From Carcharhinus amblyrhynchos (lineage: Eukaryota), in NCBI GenBank assembly GCA_965287045.1, contig OZ336877.1:79856001-79920000 (forward strand): a stretch of DNA of 64,000 nucleotides, read 5' to 3'. The notes beneath the pieces are model-generated. The model did no database searches. It was not told the DNA's origin and worked only from the letters and a program-made list of their open reading frames with translations. A program made the translations under genes and the position numbers. Below are positions 49,547-61,555 of this stretch, piece by piece; positions within the stretch are counted from its first letter, which is position 1, and every line of letters starts with the position of its first letter.

Positions 49547-50305
49547 GACGTAAAGCAGACTAAAGTAAAGTAAATGTAAAATCCTGTGGGCCACTATTTG
49601 CTCCTCACACAATTAATACTTCCTTCTCTGAGATTTTCCTAAGCAATTTGACGGGCCTGGTTTGTGTCCCCACTCCCGTCATACCTCTCGCTTTCAGTCC
49701 CTGTGGCGGGAAAAATTCAGCTCACTGTTTCTGGTTCATGATCTTTCATGAGATCATCCTAACGAACCTGACACATTAACGCTGTTTCTCATTCATCAGA
49801 AACTCCCCGACATCTGAGTATTTCCAGCATTCTCTATTTTTACTTTCTGACACTTAACTGCATTTGGATCAACAAAATAACTTTTGTATTCGATATGAAA
49901 TTTGCAATTGCTTGAGCCCTGGCATCATTTACCATTTTATTCATCTCTCCGAATCTCTGCCAACTGATATGCTCACTTCGTATCAGCTTTGGTGTTTTAC
50001 CAGATTGTAGCAAATCCTTTTCGTTGCAACTTTCTCCCATATTCATTCTCTGTCAAGTTCCCCAGACAACAGAAATTCCCAGGTGCCGTATCCAAATGAC
50101 CATTCTTCATTGGTAAGACTAAAATATTTTGTTATTTTTGACACACTTTGTCTTTCCAATGAAAAGACAAATCTGACCCATTGAAATTGCTGAGTTGACT
50201 GATACAGGTGAAAACTTATCTTTGGTATAATTTCAAGTCCATTGAGAAATGAAGAAATCTATCTTTTCAATCATGTTAACCATTAGTGTCTTAAGTTGAA
50301 ACAAT

Positions 50306-51382
50306 GGAAGCGACTCTCCCAGCCTGATGCACTGCTTTTGGAGCACAGCGGGCTGGGGGAGTCTAGCACTGCCATTTTGCAGGCTCTCTGCCGAGGCGCC
50401 ATGGGTTTCCACTTGTCTCCGGCAGCTGGATTTCTGGCACTGTCAGTCTGCAGCGGAAATCGGCGCAGGGCTGCATAAATTATTTTGGTATGAATTTTAA
50501 TATATTTGAATCTCATTCGCGGGCCAGGTTTGAAGTCTCTGGGCCAACTATCTTCCCCACCACCCCCACCAGAAGTATTTCATTGCAGCAGGGTTTAGTA
50601 CAACTCCCCACTTTCAGGGAGCTGGCAGCCTAACCCCGCTGGAATGAAGGAGGGGCAATTGAGGCCCCTCCCCCTGAGGGTCGGTTGCCAGCCGTGACCC
50701 CTGGAGCCTGGGCTCTCTGGCACTGCCCAATGGGCAAAGTGCCAATGCCCAGGGGGTATCTTGGTACTGCCCACCAGACATGGAGCAGTGCCAAGGGGGC
50801 AGGGTCTAATGGAGCTGCGGTCTGATGGGGCAGGGCCTCCGTGGCGGATCGGTGGGAGTGGGAGGGGGGTCCCGCTGCTACTCTGCATTTGGGCTGAGTG
50901 ACAGAGGGGGGGAGGACAGCGATTGGGGCTGGCCATGGAGGTGGGAGGCAGGGGGCAGTCAGAACTGCCCGTGGGGGAAGGAGGGGAACATCGAGGTGGG
51001 GTGGGGGGAGAGTTGAGGCTAGCCTGGACATGTTTGGGGGCTAGTGATTGGGCCATAGGGGGGTTGGAGAGGCAGTGTTGTGGGAGTCGGTCGTGGGGCT
51101 GGCCAGCGATCAGGGGGCCAGCAGACAGGGGCTAATGCACACGCGTTGATCGCAGCGCTGTCAAATCGGCGCATGCGCAGTGACCCACACAGCACTATGC
51201 TGCCGGCCTCTCCAGTGAGAACAGCCCCACCCACTAAATTTTAGAGTGAGTCACACTAATGCATTCTGCAGTGCACAGAGTGTGGGAAAGTCATTTGGAA
51301 ACTCCCGCTTAAAAGAAAGCGTGATTTACTCCAGTTTTTACGTGAATTCAACACTTAGAATCTTCCTGGGAGAATTGCAGCA
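50306..51382 (+). mobile_element. Harbinger/PIF non-autonomous element, family A copy 3 (longest)
   Basis: TIRs GGAAGCGACTCTCCC / GGGAGAATTGCAGCA; shares subterminal sequences (GGATTTCTGGC..GAAATCGGCGCAG; GTGATTTACTCCAGTTTTTAC..ACACTTAGAA) with copies 1 and 2. Confidence 0.85.
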
Positions 51383-52095
51383 CCCCCCCACTCCCCCCAC
51401 AACATCTGAATTCAACCATCAATGTTTCAAAATAAAAATTAGAGCATGAGACAGAAACTACTGTTAGTGATAACAACAGCATTATGAAAGCTGATAAATA
51501 TCTATGATAGTCCTCTGCCAAGTCTTTTACTGGGGATGAGTTATGGTAGTGCACAGAGGAATGGCATACATGCATCAACTGCTATTGTTATCCTCATGTA
51601 TTTTAGAGTTTTAAAAGCAAAGGATGCACAACAGGTTGGTCAACATCAACACGAGAAAATAACAGTACAATGGTTTGATTTGACCTTTTATTATTACCGA
51701 AGTTCAAGGATTTGGCATTATCTATCCTAATGTCACTTAAAAATAGAAATTCTTCACTTTACTTAATTAAATCAGTATATCGTGATTGTAGGTTCCCAAC
51801 CTTTGTACTTCACAGGATCTTGGCCTTTTTGTGCAATGATTATTGTAAATCTATGTACTCAAAGTTCACAAGTTCACATGGGATTACGTGAATGGAACAG
51901 AACCCAGCACAGCTGTACTGATGTCATTACAACTATTTTTACTTTCATAATTAAAATTTCTGTAATCTGTCTGGTAAACAAATTTTTGGCTTTGAAGGCT
52001 CCAAATTGAATGGACAGGTTGATTTTTCCCATCTTTGCATCTGCAGAATTCATATTCTCTGGGCAGAACGATGTAGAATAGGATGGAAACACATT

Positions 52096-52958
52096 GGGTC
52101 CAATTTTACCAAAAATTCGCTAAATTTGGGCGTCGGGCCTTTAACACGATCTGCACCTGAATCCGAGCAGATTGTGACTTTACCAATACCCGACTTGGGC
52201 GCGGATCTGGTGTGCGCCCGCATATGGTGGCCCGACGATTTAAATGCATTAGCATGCCTTTAAATCGATTTAATGAACTGCACGCCCAACTCTACATCCA
52301 AATCCCACTTTACCATCTTTGGGTCCGTTCTGGATCCACGCTGTAAGTGACCTGCAAAATAAAAATCTGAAGCTGACTTTTATTCTGCAGGGGAACCTCT
52401 GAAGCCCATCATCCTCGACCATCCTTCTCAGACCTCTGCTAACCACCCTAGCAGAACCCCCCCCGCTGGGATCAGACACTCCTGGGAGGCAGGCCCCATC
52501 TTGGCAGACGACCACACACCGCCCCCCCCCCCGCAAGGAGGCAGGCCCCCTCAGGAGACCCCCTCATGATCAGGCCCTCCCCGGGAGCAGGCACCCCCAG
52601 CAGACCCTCCCCCCACCTCTCCCCCGGATCAGACCCCCCTGGGAGGCAGGCCCCCTCAGCAGAGCACACCCCCAACCTACCTCGATCGCTGGTCTCCCTC
52701 CACCATCCTTCTTGACCATTTTCAGTCCTTTGAGAGCCTGCAGCACCTTCCTGGCCGCACACTCAGAGCCACGGCTAAAGTGACCGAGTTTCACACCATT
52801 CTGCTGGCATCCACCGGAGAAGGAGGGGGTTCAGATGGATCTCTGGTTGGACGAAGGAGGAGGGGCGCAGATGGATCTCTGGTTGGGGGGTAGGAGAGGG
52901 CGCAGATGGATCTCTGGTTGGGGGGGCAAGGGGATCCGCTGCCACTCTGCCGGCGATC
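52096..52958. mobile_element. Harbinger-type non-autonomous element (family B), right end missing, with internal tandem repeats and a captured gene fragment
   Basis: Left TIR-like GGGTCCAATTTTACC; CpG-rich subterminus; repeats GAGGCAGGCCCC (52486-52660) and CAGATGGATCTCTGGTTGG x3 (52832-52921). Confidence 0.7.
52705..52815 (-). pseudogene. RPS19: 40S ribosomal protein S19 coding fragment (pseudogenic)
   Basis: Translates [37 protein letters not shown]; 26/37 identical to human RPS19 [37 protein letters not shown] (sequence recalled from memory); no start codon or splice context. Confidence 0.9.
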
Positions 52959-53550
52959 CATTGACCCGAAACTGAACTGGACTAACCATAGAAATGCTGT
53001 GGCTACAAGAGCAGGTCAGTGGCTAGGAATGCTGCTGCAAGTAAGTCACCTCCTAACTCCCCAAAACCTATCCAACATCTATAAGGCACAAGTCAAACAT
53101 CTGATGGAATAGTCTCTACTTGCCTGGATGTGTGCAGCTCCAACAACAAAGATCAACACCACCCAGGACAAAACTACTTAACAGAAGCAGTATATATTAT
53201 ATCCAAGACGCACTGCAGCAACTCACCAAGGATCCTTCTTCAACACCTTCAAACCTGCAATCTTTGCTACTCAGAAAGACAAGGGCAGCAGATGCATGGG
53301 AATATCACTACCTGTAAGTTCCCTCCAAGCTGCATACCATCTTGACTTGGAACTATAATCACCAATCCTTCACAGTTGCTGGGTCAAAACCCTGGAACTT
53401 GCTTCCTAATAGCACTGTGAGAGTAAGTACGCACTATGGACTGCAGTAGTTTAAGAATTCAGCGCAGCACCACCTTCTCAAGATAAATTAGGAGTGGGTA
53501 ATAAATGCCAACCGAGCCAGCAACACCCCACACCCCACCAACAAATAAAA
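52959..53550 (+). mobile_element. Second CR1/L2-superfamily LINE lineage, 3' part
   Basis: IDPKLNWTNHRNAVATRAGQWLGMLLQVSHLLTPQNLSNIYKAQVKHLME; A-rich tail. Confidence 0.85.
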
Positions 53551-53807
53551 TTTAAAAAAAAACATGAATCTGTCCTACATGTTCCATACGCTGAGAGAAA
53601 GGGTGGGAGAAATTCCTTCTAATCTTAAATTGGCTAATTTTGTATTTATTGAAGCCAGAATTCTTTGGTTCAGGGAATGTTTCAGGCTCAGTCTATTATA
53701 TATTTAAGGGAAAATTCAATAAATATTTGAGCAGAGAAAAAAACTGCACCATGGGGAAAGGATCTATCAGTTGGATTAATTCTGTTTTAGCAAAGAGCTG
53801 ACACAAA

Positions 53808-53974
53808 GACTGGAATTTTACACCCCCCAACCCTCCCCTTGCACCCCCTCCCCCTGCCCCCGCCCCCACAACCACCACCATTGGAATCAGAGCAAACGAG
53901 GGGCAGATAATGGGAAGCTCCGTTGACTTCAGTCTTTATGGTTTTGGGATGAGCGAGACTGTAAAATCCCGCCC
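53808..53974. mobile_element. Short Harbinger-type MITE
   Basis: TIRs GACTGGAATTTTAC / GTAAAATCCCGCCC; C-rich interior. Confidence 0.65.
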
Positions 53975-54829
53975 ATACAATGCATTATAAACATGCATGA
54001 GTTCATAGTAATGTCCCTTTGATTCTCATAAAAAGTTTGTTTTTTTTCATATGTTACAAGTTGGAGCCTCATGTCACCTTGACTTTCTTTGATGAAAGGA
54101 AGTTTAGTTCTGTGAGCTGCTGTTCAGTTTTTTTAGAACTAAATCCTTGAATCATCCTCATTTTCTTCTCTGAATCCTCTCCTATGGATCAATCTTCTTT
54201 GGGTAGAAAGCCTTAAACAGCATATCATATTCCATAAATGAATCTGTTAACTATCTACACATGGTTATGACAACTTATAATCAAAGAAGGTGCATCCTTG
54301 CATATGGTCAGTTTTGTTGAATGCATCTTGACATGACTAGATACTTTGATGAAATAATTCCATTCCTTTTTCCTCTTTACTGACAGACACCTTCACATTT
54401 AGTACATACGCATGTTCTAAAGAACATAATTTTTTTCAAAAAATGGTTTCTTCCTTACCTCAGCATTGACTCCGTAGAGATGCAACTCCAGGATCACTGA
54501 TCACCTTCCAGTACCTCAGATAAGTGGCCAGAATTGATCAGTGAATTCTAACAATAGATGGTGATAGACTATTTAGTATAAGAACATCACAGCTGAGTCT
54601 ATTCCTGTCCTCGCCTAATGTACATACGTCTACCCTTCCAGCAATGCTTGCTAAAAGATAAAAGGCCTGCTTTTTTTCAGCACCTTTTACAGCTGTCAGA
54701 CAATGAAGTACAGTGCAGTACCACGGGAGTACTCGCTGTTGGAGGTGTAAGGACACAGAACATAGAGAAAAGAGCAGGAGTAGACAATATGTCCCCTAGG
54801 CTTGCTCTGCTGTTCACGCCATATCCTGC

Positions 54830-55005
54830 ACCTCTCTGTCTCACTTTTTGCCTTCAAGATTCTCCTTATCCTACCACTTTGACCAAGCTTTTGGTCATCT
54901 GCCTAATAGCTCACTGGGTTCATATTTTACTTTATCATGCTCCTCTGAGGTGTCTTGGGGCTACTTTTTACATGAAAGGTTCTATATGAATACAAGTTGT
55001 TATTG
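54830..55005 (+). mobile_element. Old L2-type 3' tail
   Basis: TTTGACCAAGCTTTTGGTCATCTG..AAAGGTTCTATATGAATACAAGTTGTTATTG. Confidence 0.6.
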
Positions 55006-55017
55006 TATAAACAGTCG

Positions 55018-55152
55018 CTAGGATAACAGGGATAACTCCCCTACTCTTCTTCCAAATAGTGCCATAGCATCTTTACTGTTGACATAAGCAGGCAGTCAGA
55101 GCTTCTGTTTAACATTTCATCTGAGGAACAGCACATATTGAACAGCAGAGCA
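55018..55152 (-). mobile_element. DeuSINE (SacSINE1-like) fragment
   Basis: AACTCCCCTACTCTTCTTCCAAATAGTGCCATAGCATCTTT..GTTTAACATTTCATCTGA, the reverse complement of the Deu domain. Confidence 0.65.
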
Positions 55153-55825
55153 TGTGATCAAGAAGGCGAATGGGATGCTGGCCTTTATAGCGAGGGGGAT
55201 TGAATATAAAAGCAGGGAGGTCTTGCTGCAACTGTACTGGACACTGGTGAGGCCGCAGCTGGAGTACTGTGTGCAGTTTTGGTCGCCACACTTGCGCAAG
55301 GATATTTTGACCTTGGAGGGAGTGCAGAGAAGATTCACTAGGCTGATACCGGAGATGAGGGGGTTGGACTATGAAGAGAGACTAAATAGACTGGGTCTGT
55401 ACTCGTTGGAGTTTAGAAGGATGAGGGGGGATCTTATAGAGGCGTATAAGATAATGAAGGGGAGGGATAGGGTAGAGGTAGAGAGATTCTTCCCGCTCAG
55501 AAAGGACAACAGGACTAGAGGGCACAGCCTCAAGATAAGGTGGGGGGCAGTTTAGAACGGAGTTGAGGAGGAACTTCTTCACTCAAGGGGTGGTGAATCT
55601 CTGGAATTCCCTGCCCGTTGAAGTGGTTGAGGCTACCTCGTTAAATATATTTAAGACACGGGTAGATAGGATTTTGGTAGGCAAGGGAATTAAGGGTTAT
55701 GGGGAGAAAGCGGGAAAGTGGAACTGAGCCATTTCAGATCAGCCATGATCTTATTGAATGGCAGGGCAGGCTCGAAGGGCTAGATGGCCTACTCCTGCTC
55801 CTATTTCCTATGTTCTTATGTTCTT
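55153..55825 (+). mobile_element. Young CR1 LINE 3' fragment
   Basis: Open 133-aa ORF2 C-terminus KKANGMLAFIARGIEYKSREVLLQLYWTLVRPQLEYCVQFWSPH..RRMRGDLIEAYKIMKG; CpGs retained; (TGTTCTTA)n tail. Confidence 0.95.
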
Positions 55826-55959
55826 AAGCCTGAGGGGACATATGATCCACTCCTGCTCTTTTCTCTATGTTCTGTGTCCATACACGTCCAACAGCGCAGC
55901 ACTCCCTCAGTACTGCACCATAGCTTGTGGAATGCATAATTAATAACAAATTTCTAATA

Positions 55960-56438
55960 ACAAATATAACTCTTCATGCCGAGTGGAGGCAGGAAATAGC
56001 GGAAGGTCAGAACAGCGTGAAAATAAGATGCCATCTGGCCATGGAAGGTGGCAAGGCTGAGGGCTTCCATAGGCAGAGGTTCAACATTGCAAGAGCAGCT
56101 TCTGGAGACTATCCTCATGGACAGTGCCTGGGCAGCCCGAGTGGCTGCTGGTTCCCTAAGCCTTTTCTCACCAATGTTGTTCTCCACCCTCCTTTTGAGG
56201 CTTTTGGTTTTGCAGTGCACTGACACTCTAGCTATTGTGAAAGTTGCCAGGATACCAGTGGCTCTCCCTCCTTCAAGCCATCCAGCATCTCTAATTAAAC
56301 AATGTACATGGAAGTACCTGCTAATTGATTGCCAACCACAAAGCCAACCCAGATATCATACTGCTCTGACAGCCAGTATTTGAACTCATAAGTGGGTCCC
56401 AGTGGCTAAAAACATTCAATGTCCAGAAAATTCAGCCC
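55960..56438. mobile_element. Old Harbinger-type MITE
   Basis: GC-rich block ending in TIR-like AGAAAATTCAGCCC. Confidence 0.4.
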
Positions 56439-56546
56439 AACATTTCAAGTTGAAGATCTTCTGGGTATTTCCATCATTATATTTCTATATTAAAATTGAA
56501 CTCCAACTTCTTAGTTACTTAACTGTTTCAGAACACTTTTCATTGT

Positions 56547-56859
56547 ATCATAGAATCCCTACAGTGCAGAAGGATGCCATTCAGCCCATTGAACTGCACT
56601 GACAACTTCCCATCCAGGCCCCATCCCCATATCCCCATGAATCCACCGTACTAATCCCCCTGATACTGAACAGCATTTAGCATGGCCAATCCACCTAACC
56701 TGCTCACCTTCGGACTGTGGAAAGAAACCGGAGCACCCGAAGGAAACCCACACAGGCACAGGGGAGAATGTGCAAACTCCACACAGTGACCCAAGGCCAG
56801 AATTGAACCCGGGTCCTTGAAGGTGTGGCAGCAGTGCTAACCACTGTGCCATCGTGCCC
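56547..56859 (-). mobile_element. HE1 SINE, full length
   Basis: ATCATAGAATCCCTACAGTGCAGAAGG..GCAGTGCTAACCACTGTGCCATCGTGCCC. Confidence 0.92.
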
Positions 56860-58730
56860 TATCAATTCCTCTTGTATGTATATTTTAAGAGCACCTAAGT
56901 TTGCCTGTTCTGAATACCACATTTCAGGATCTCTATCATCTTGACCATTAGTTCAGCATTTTGTGATTTTTAAAGCTGTGGTATGTGTTAAATAACCATG
57001 AATTTGTGCCAGTCATCACACTATAATTTGGTTGGCAAAAGAACACTTTTTTGAAGAAATTTATTTGAGAAATCTTTTACATATGTTTGCAGATAAGGAA
57101 AGTGATAAACTAAATTTACATTAAAATCATAACATTATTAATTATTAAAAACAGAAGTGGCAAAGCAGAGATTTCAAATGAAATATTAGGTGAAAACACT
57201 GATAATACTTCAAATAAAGAAAACACCAATCCATTATTGTTAATGTAAATTAATATGGAATCATCGTTATGTTATTGACAATATGTTGCCTGGCCAAAAA
57301 TCCATTTACATGTGACTGGTAAGTCCATCAAACACATTACTGTCATTAGGTCAGTGATTTAGTATTGTAATTACAATTCAACCAACCGTTAAAGCAATGA
57401 CAAGTTAACCAAAATGTCCACAACAAACTTGAATATCCTTGAAGAGGTGCTCTGGCCAAGAACAAAGAATTTGTCAAGGAATTCACTGACCATTTAATAA
57501 AGCTGTGATGTCCCAGTTACAACACATTCATTGTGGTTCAATCTCTACTGCTCCAGAGACAAGCTAATTCATGCCGAATACAATCTGCTTCTGGGAGTTA
57601 CTGATCAGTACATTCATCCAGCAGCAGCTCTCTGGTTTTGACACGCTTTACACATCAAGGATTCTGTGACTTGACCAAGACAGTCTGCAGAGCCAGTCTT
57701 TAGTTTACAAAAGCTCAGTGGAAGTTACAACTTCTTCTTAAATAGAAGGTGAGAGATAGACGAACAAGACTTACAGAATAAAAGTTGGAGATGTTTTTGC
57801 TCGAAGCACTTTTTTAATATTAAGGGCTAGATTAGTTACATGAAGAGTAAAATGAAAACTGAGAAAGTACAAAAGGAGGCAATGAAAGAATGGAGTCAAA
57901 GGTTGAGTGAAAGTAATATGCTTAAAATTTTTATTTAAATTGTCTTTTATTTTTTGAATTTAGGTGTACAGATGTTTAATTAAAGCAATAAATCTACTTC
58001 TCTCTGAACAAATTTATTTATACCATGTTAATGTTTAGGCGTTAGTTAAGTGAGTTGAAAAATTTAAGGAACAGTTAGGGCAGAGAGTGCTGATGGTTTA
58101 CAGGTAAATAATGCTGTAAAAAACATCTATGAAGAAATTATATGATTAATTCAAAAAAAAACTGACCACTTTAATCAATCTGTTAATACATTATGTGACT
58201 TATTTTCCAGAAATTCACACTTAATAAATGAAAAGAAGCATTATTACGGTAGCTGTCATGGGAGTTTGTACACACTATGAAGAATTTCAATCAAGTTTAT
58301 TAAGCTCCCACCAATTTCGCAATCAGTCTCAACTAATTTTTGTAATTAAAAGACTGTGGGAGATTTGACACTTGAAATATCACATTGTAACACTTCATTC
58401 TTCACCAGTGCCAAGTGTGGGTAACATTTGCATCTAATCGGTTCAAATATCATTGACCAAAAAGCAAATCACTGTTAACTTAGTCATGCTGATAATAATA
58501 AAACTAACATTTGCAACATAATAAAAACATTAAAATTAAATAATTTACAAAAAATTCAAACTCATCTAAAATTAATCCCAGAAATTTGATCATTTGGTTT
58601 TGTTTCAGTCTCTCCCTTTTTTTCTGGGAGGGGTTTTAGCTATGATAATTATATATTTTAAAAAAAGGCAAATGAGAAAACAAAGGAAGAGGCTAAGAGA
58701 AGAATGAGGAAAGCAGGGAGGGAGTATGGG

Positions 58731-59090
58731 TGGCATGGTGGCACAGTGGTTAGCACTGCTGCCTCACAGCGCCATGGACCCGGGTTTGATTAGATGGGGG
58801 AAATGCAATGCATTGAATGTATATGGGCATTCAAAAAGCTTTTGGCAAGCTATTGTATAAGAAACAATTCAAGAAAGTTAAGAGTGAAATCGGGGAGGCT
58901 AGCAAATTGGATGAAAATCTGTTTGGAAGTGAGGAAACAGAGTCAGAGTTAAAGGCAGATCCTCAGAGTGGTTAAATGTGGATAGGATTCCATTCTGGGG
59001 CTTTATCTACTAGCAATGTTTAGCAATGTTCTGAATACAAGGCTACAGGATGTGGTGACGAGGTCCAATTTTGCATACAGTGCTATCCAG
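58731..59090 (+). mobile_element. HE1 head (58731-58791) joined to an old CR1 RT fragment
   Basis: GGCATGGTGGCACAGTGGTTAGCACTGCTGCCTCACAG, then degenerate VYM..QKAF / RKQRV coding sequence. Confidence 0.65.
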
Positions 59091-59161
59091 GAACAATACT
59101 TTAAGAGCCCTTAATCTAATAAGTAACTACTAATTATAGAGCGTACTATTGTATATCAGAC

Positions 59162-59490
59162 GGCACGGTAGCACAGTGGTCAGCACAGCTCCAGGGTCCT
59201 GGGTTCAATTCCCTGCTCGGGTCACTGTCTGTGTGGAGTTTGCACATTCTCCTCATGTCTGCGTGGGTTTCCTCTGGGTACTCTGGTTTCCTCCCACAGT
59301 CTAAAGATGTGCGGGTCAGGTTGTTTGGCCATGCTAAGAAATTGCCCCTTAGTATCCAGGGATGCATAGGTTAGAGGGATTAGTGGGTATAATATGCAGG
59401 GATATGGGGGTAGGGCCTGAGTGGGATTGTGTTCGGTGCAGACTCGATGGGCCGAAGGGCCTCTTTCTGCACTGTAGGGTTCTATGATTC
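59162..59490 (+). mobile_element. HE1 SINE, full length
   Basis: GGCACGGTAGCACAGTGG..GGGTTCAATTCCC..V-domain..GTAGGGTTCTATGATTC. Confidence 0.9.
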
Positions 59491-61294
59491 AGAATATGTA
59501 CTTTGGTAGAATAATCTGGCAGTGACAAAACAAAATTAAATCTCCAGCCTTAAATGTGAGGTTTTTAATCCACTTAAGATTCATGTTGACAGTTTATTAT
59601 GCTCGAGTGAATTACGAAAAGAATTGGATGAGTACAATTCAGTTATCTAATCAAAGCATCTGAATTACAATATAAACTAAAGAAGAAAACACAGCCGATT
59701 AATAACCAATTTCTATGATCAAGAATGACATATAATGGCAAGCTGCTGCTAATTCCACACCATCTGTGCTACAGTTCACAATAAATTTTTATCCCACTGG
59801 GTCAATTCTTTTATTAATATTAACCTTATGATTCCTTTGTCAATGCCTCAATTCCATGTTTGACCAATAGGGGGCTTTACATGAAATTCTTCAACTGATA
59901 TAATCGCACCTGGAGACACTAAATGGTTCTGCATCAAATTTCAATATACTTTCTAACAGTTCATTCACCATCTTGCTTTTAATTTCAGGTAATCTGTTTC
60001 TTCTTCATATTATTTTTAGGTTTTTTTTTAGAACAAATTACATTTTTTCCCTTTTGGTCTTCTGCAGACTTGCTCTTACCACCTGTTGCTGACTCTATTT
60101 CAAAACATCCACATGTTACTCTGTCTGCTATTTTAGATCTTGCTGGTTCATAAATAATTCCCAGCTTGCCAATCATTTCCTGGTTACCTTGGCTGTTCCC
60201 TTGGTCTTTACCATTCTCGGAAGCTATCACTTATACACTTCACAGCATGTTAGGTTTTCCAGTTCTCAGACCACAATGATGTTCTCTGCTGCCTGTCGTG
60301 GCTTCCCCACTACCGCTCCAAGGATTCTTTGTCACTTCTGTTAACTGCCTGAACACTGTATGTAGCCCCCTAGAGAATCCTGCTGTTGTCTCCAGACTCT
60401 AGAAATGATCCTGTATGAACTAAATGCGAATATTGCGTTTAAATATAGTGCCCTTGCTCCAAATTGCTGTATCTGTAATAGGAATACAAAAAAAGCCACA
60501 GTGGCTAAACTTAACTTGAAATGCTGATATAAACTGGATGTTATTGAATTGACAGCCTATTACACAGTTCATCTGATTTTACCAGCGAGAGACCTATATA
60601 GGCTCCCTGTCTCCTCAATTTAAGCTCTTCATTGTAATATTTAATGACCTTCCTGTAACCCTCTGCAGCTTTATATTCTGCCTCATATTCTAGCCATTCG
60701 TTGAACCCCAGCTCTCCCAACTCACTTTAGCCTAATCAGTAATAGCAAAACATTCTGCTGTCTAAAAGTCACTTTCTAGAACTTCCTCCCTGAATCCCTG
60801 TCTCTCTCCAATCTATTTCATCAGTCAAAAACCATTGCAAAGCCATTTTATCACAAAACCTTCAATTACTCCTTGTAATCTCCATCGGCATTACTCATTT
60901 TCATTTCCCTGTCCATTTCCATGTATGAAGTGCATATTATTTTCTACTTCATGAAGAGCTAGCTAAGGTTAACAACCAATATACAAATATATGCTGTGTT
61001 TCTGCCAGTATTTGCTTGTTCTGCCTAATAAATTTGTTTGGCAGTCAAAGCCTATTTCTCAGCCTGTTACACTATTATTCTGCCTTCCAAAGACAAAAAA
61101 GATCACGGAAGGGATTTTACATGAATGCTGGTGGAGCCACAGAAAGCATTACTGCTCAGAAATGATAGGGGAGGTAAACCTGCAATTGCATTGAAAAGAT
61201 GTAGCTGGATATGACCGAGGCGGTCAGTGTGATAATTCCTCAATCAGTACAGGAAATACTTAAAAACCCAACTAAAAAACCAAAGGTCACAGAC

Positions 61295-61555
61295 TCAGCT
61301 AAATGGCAGAAGGATTAGAGGGGGCATGAGGAAAAACCTTTTTTTACGCTGAGGGTGGTGGGTATCTGGAATTTGCTGCCTGAATTGGCGGTGGAAGCAG
61401 AGACCATAAACTTGTTTAAAAAGGACCTGGATCGATACCTTAAATGCTGGGACACGCAGGGCTGTGGGCCTTGTGCAGGAAGGTAGGACTGGAAAGGGCC
61501 GTCTTTGGGTTGGGATGCACAAGATGGGTGTGCGTATCATTTCTATGGTTCTAAA
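61295..61555 (+). mobile_element. CR1 3' fragment
   Basis: ATGAGGAAAAACCTTTTTTTACGCTGAGGGTGGTGGGTATCTGGAAT..TTTCTATGGTTCTA. Confidence 0.8.

Noticed and set aside
50595-51234. Cluster of Pro/Gly-rich ORFs, or a CpG-island promoter
   Set aside because: Lies wholly inside the GC-rich Harbinger MITE; ORFs in many frames reflect stop-codon scarcity.
52570-52794. Functional RPS19 gene or exon
   Set aside because: Only 37 codons match, no other exons or splice sites are present, substitutions look like CpG decay, and it is embedded in a repeat.
52832-52921. Repeat-spacer-like array CAGATGGATCTCTGGTTGG x3
   Set aside because: The spacers are related G-rich sequences, so this is a minisatellite within a transposon.
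55154-55555. 133-aa ORF as a host gene
   Set aside because: It is the CR1 ORF2 C-terminus of a 5'-truncated copy.
59985-60230. Lys-rich 81-aa minus-strand ORF
   Set aside because: A by-product of T-rich low-complexity sequence; no homology recognised.
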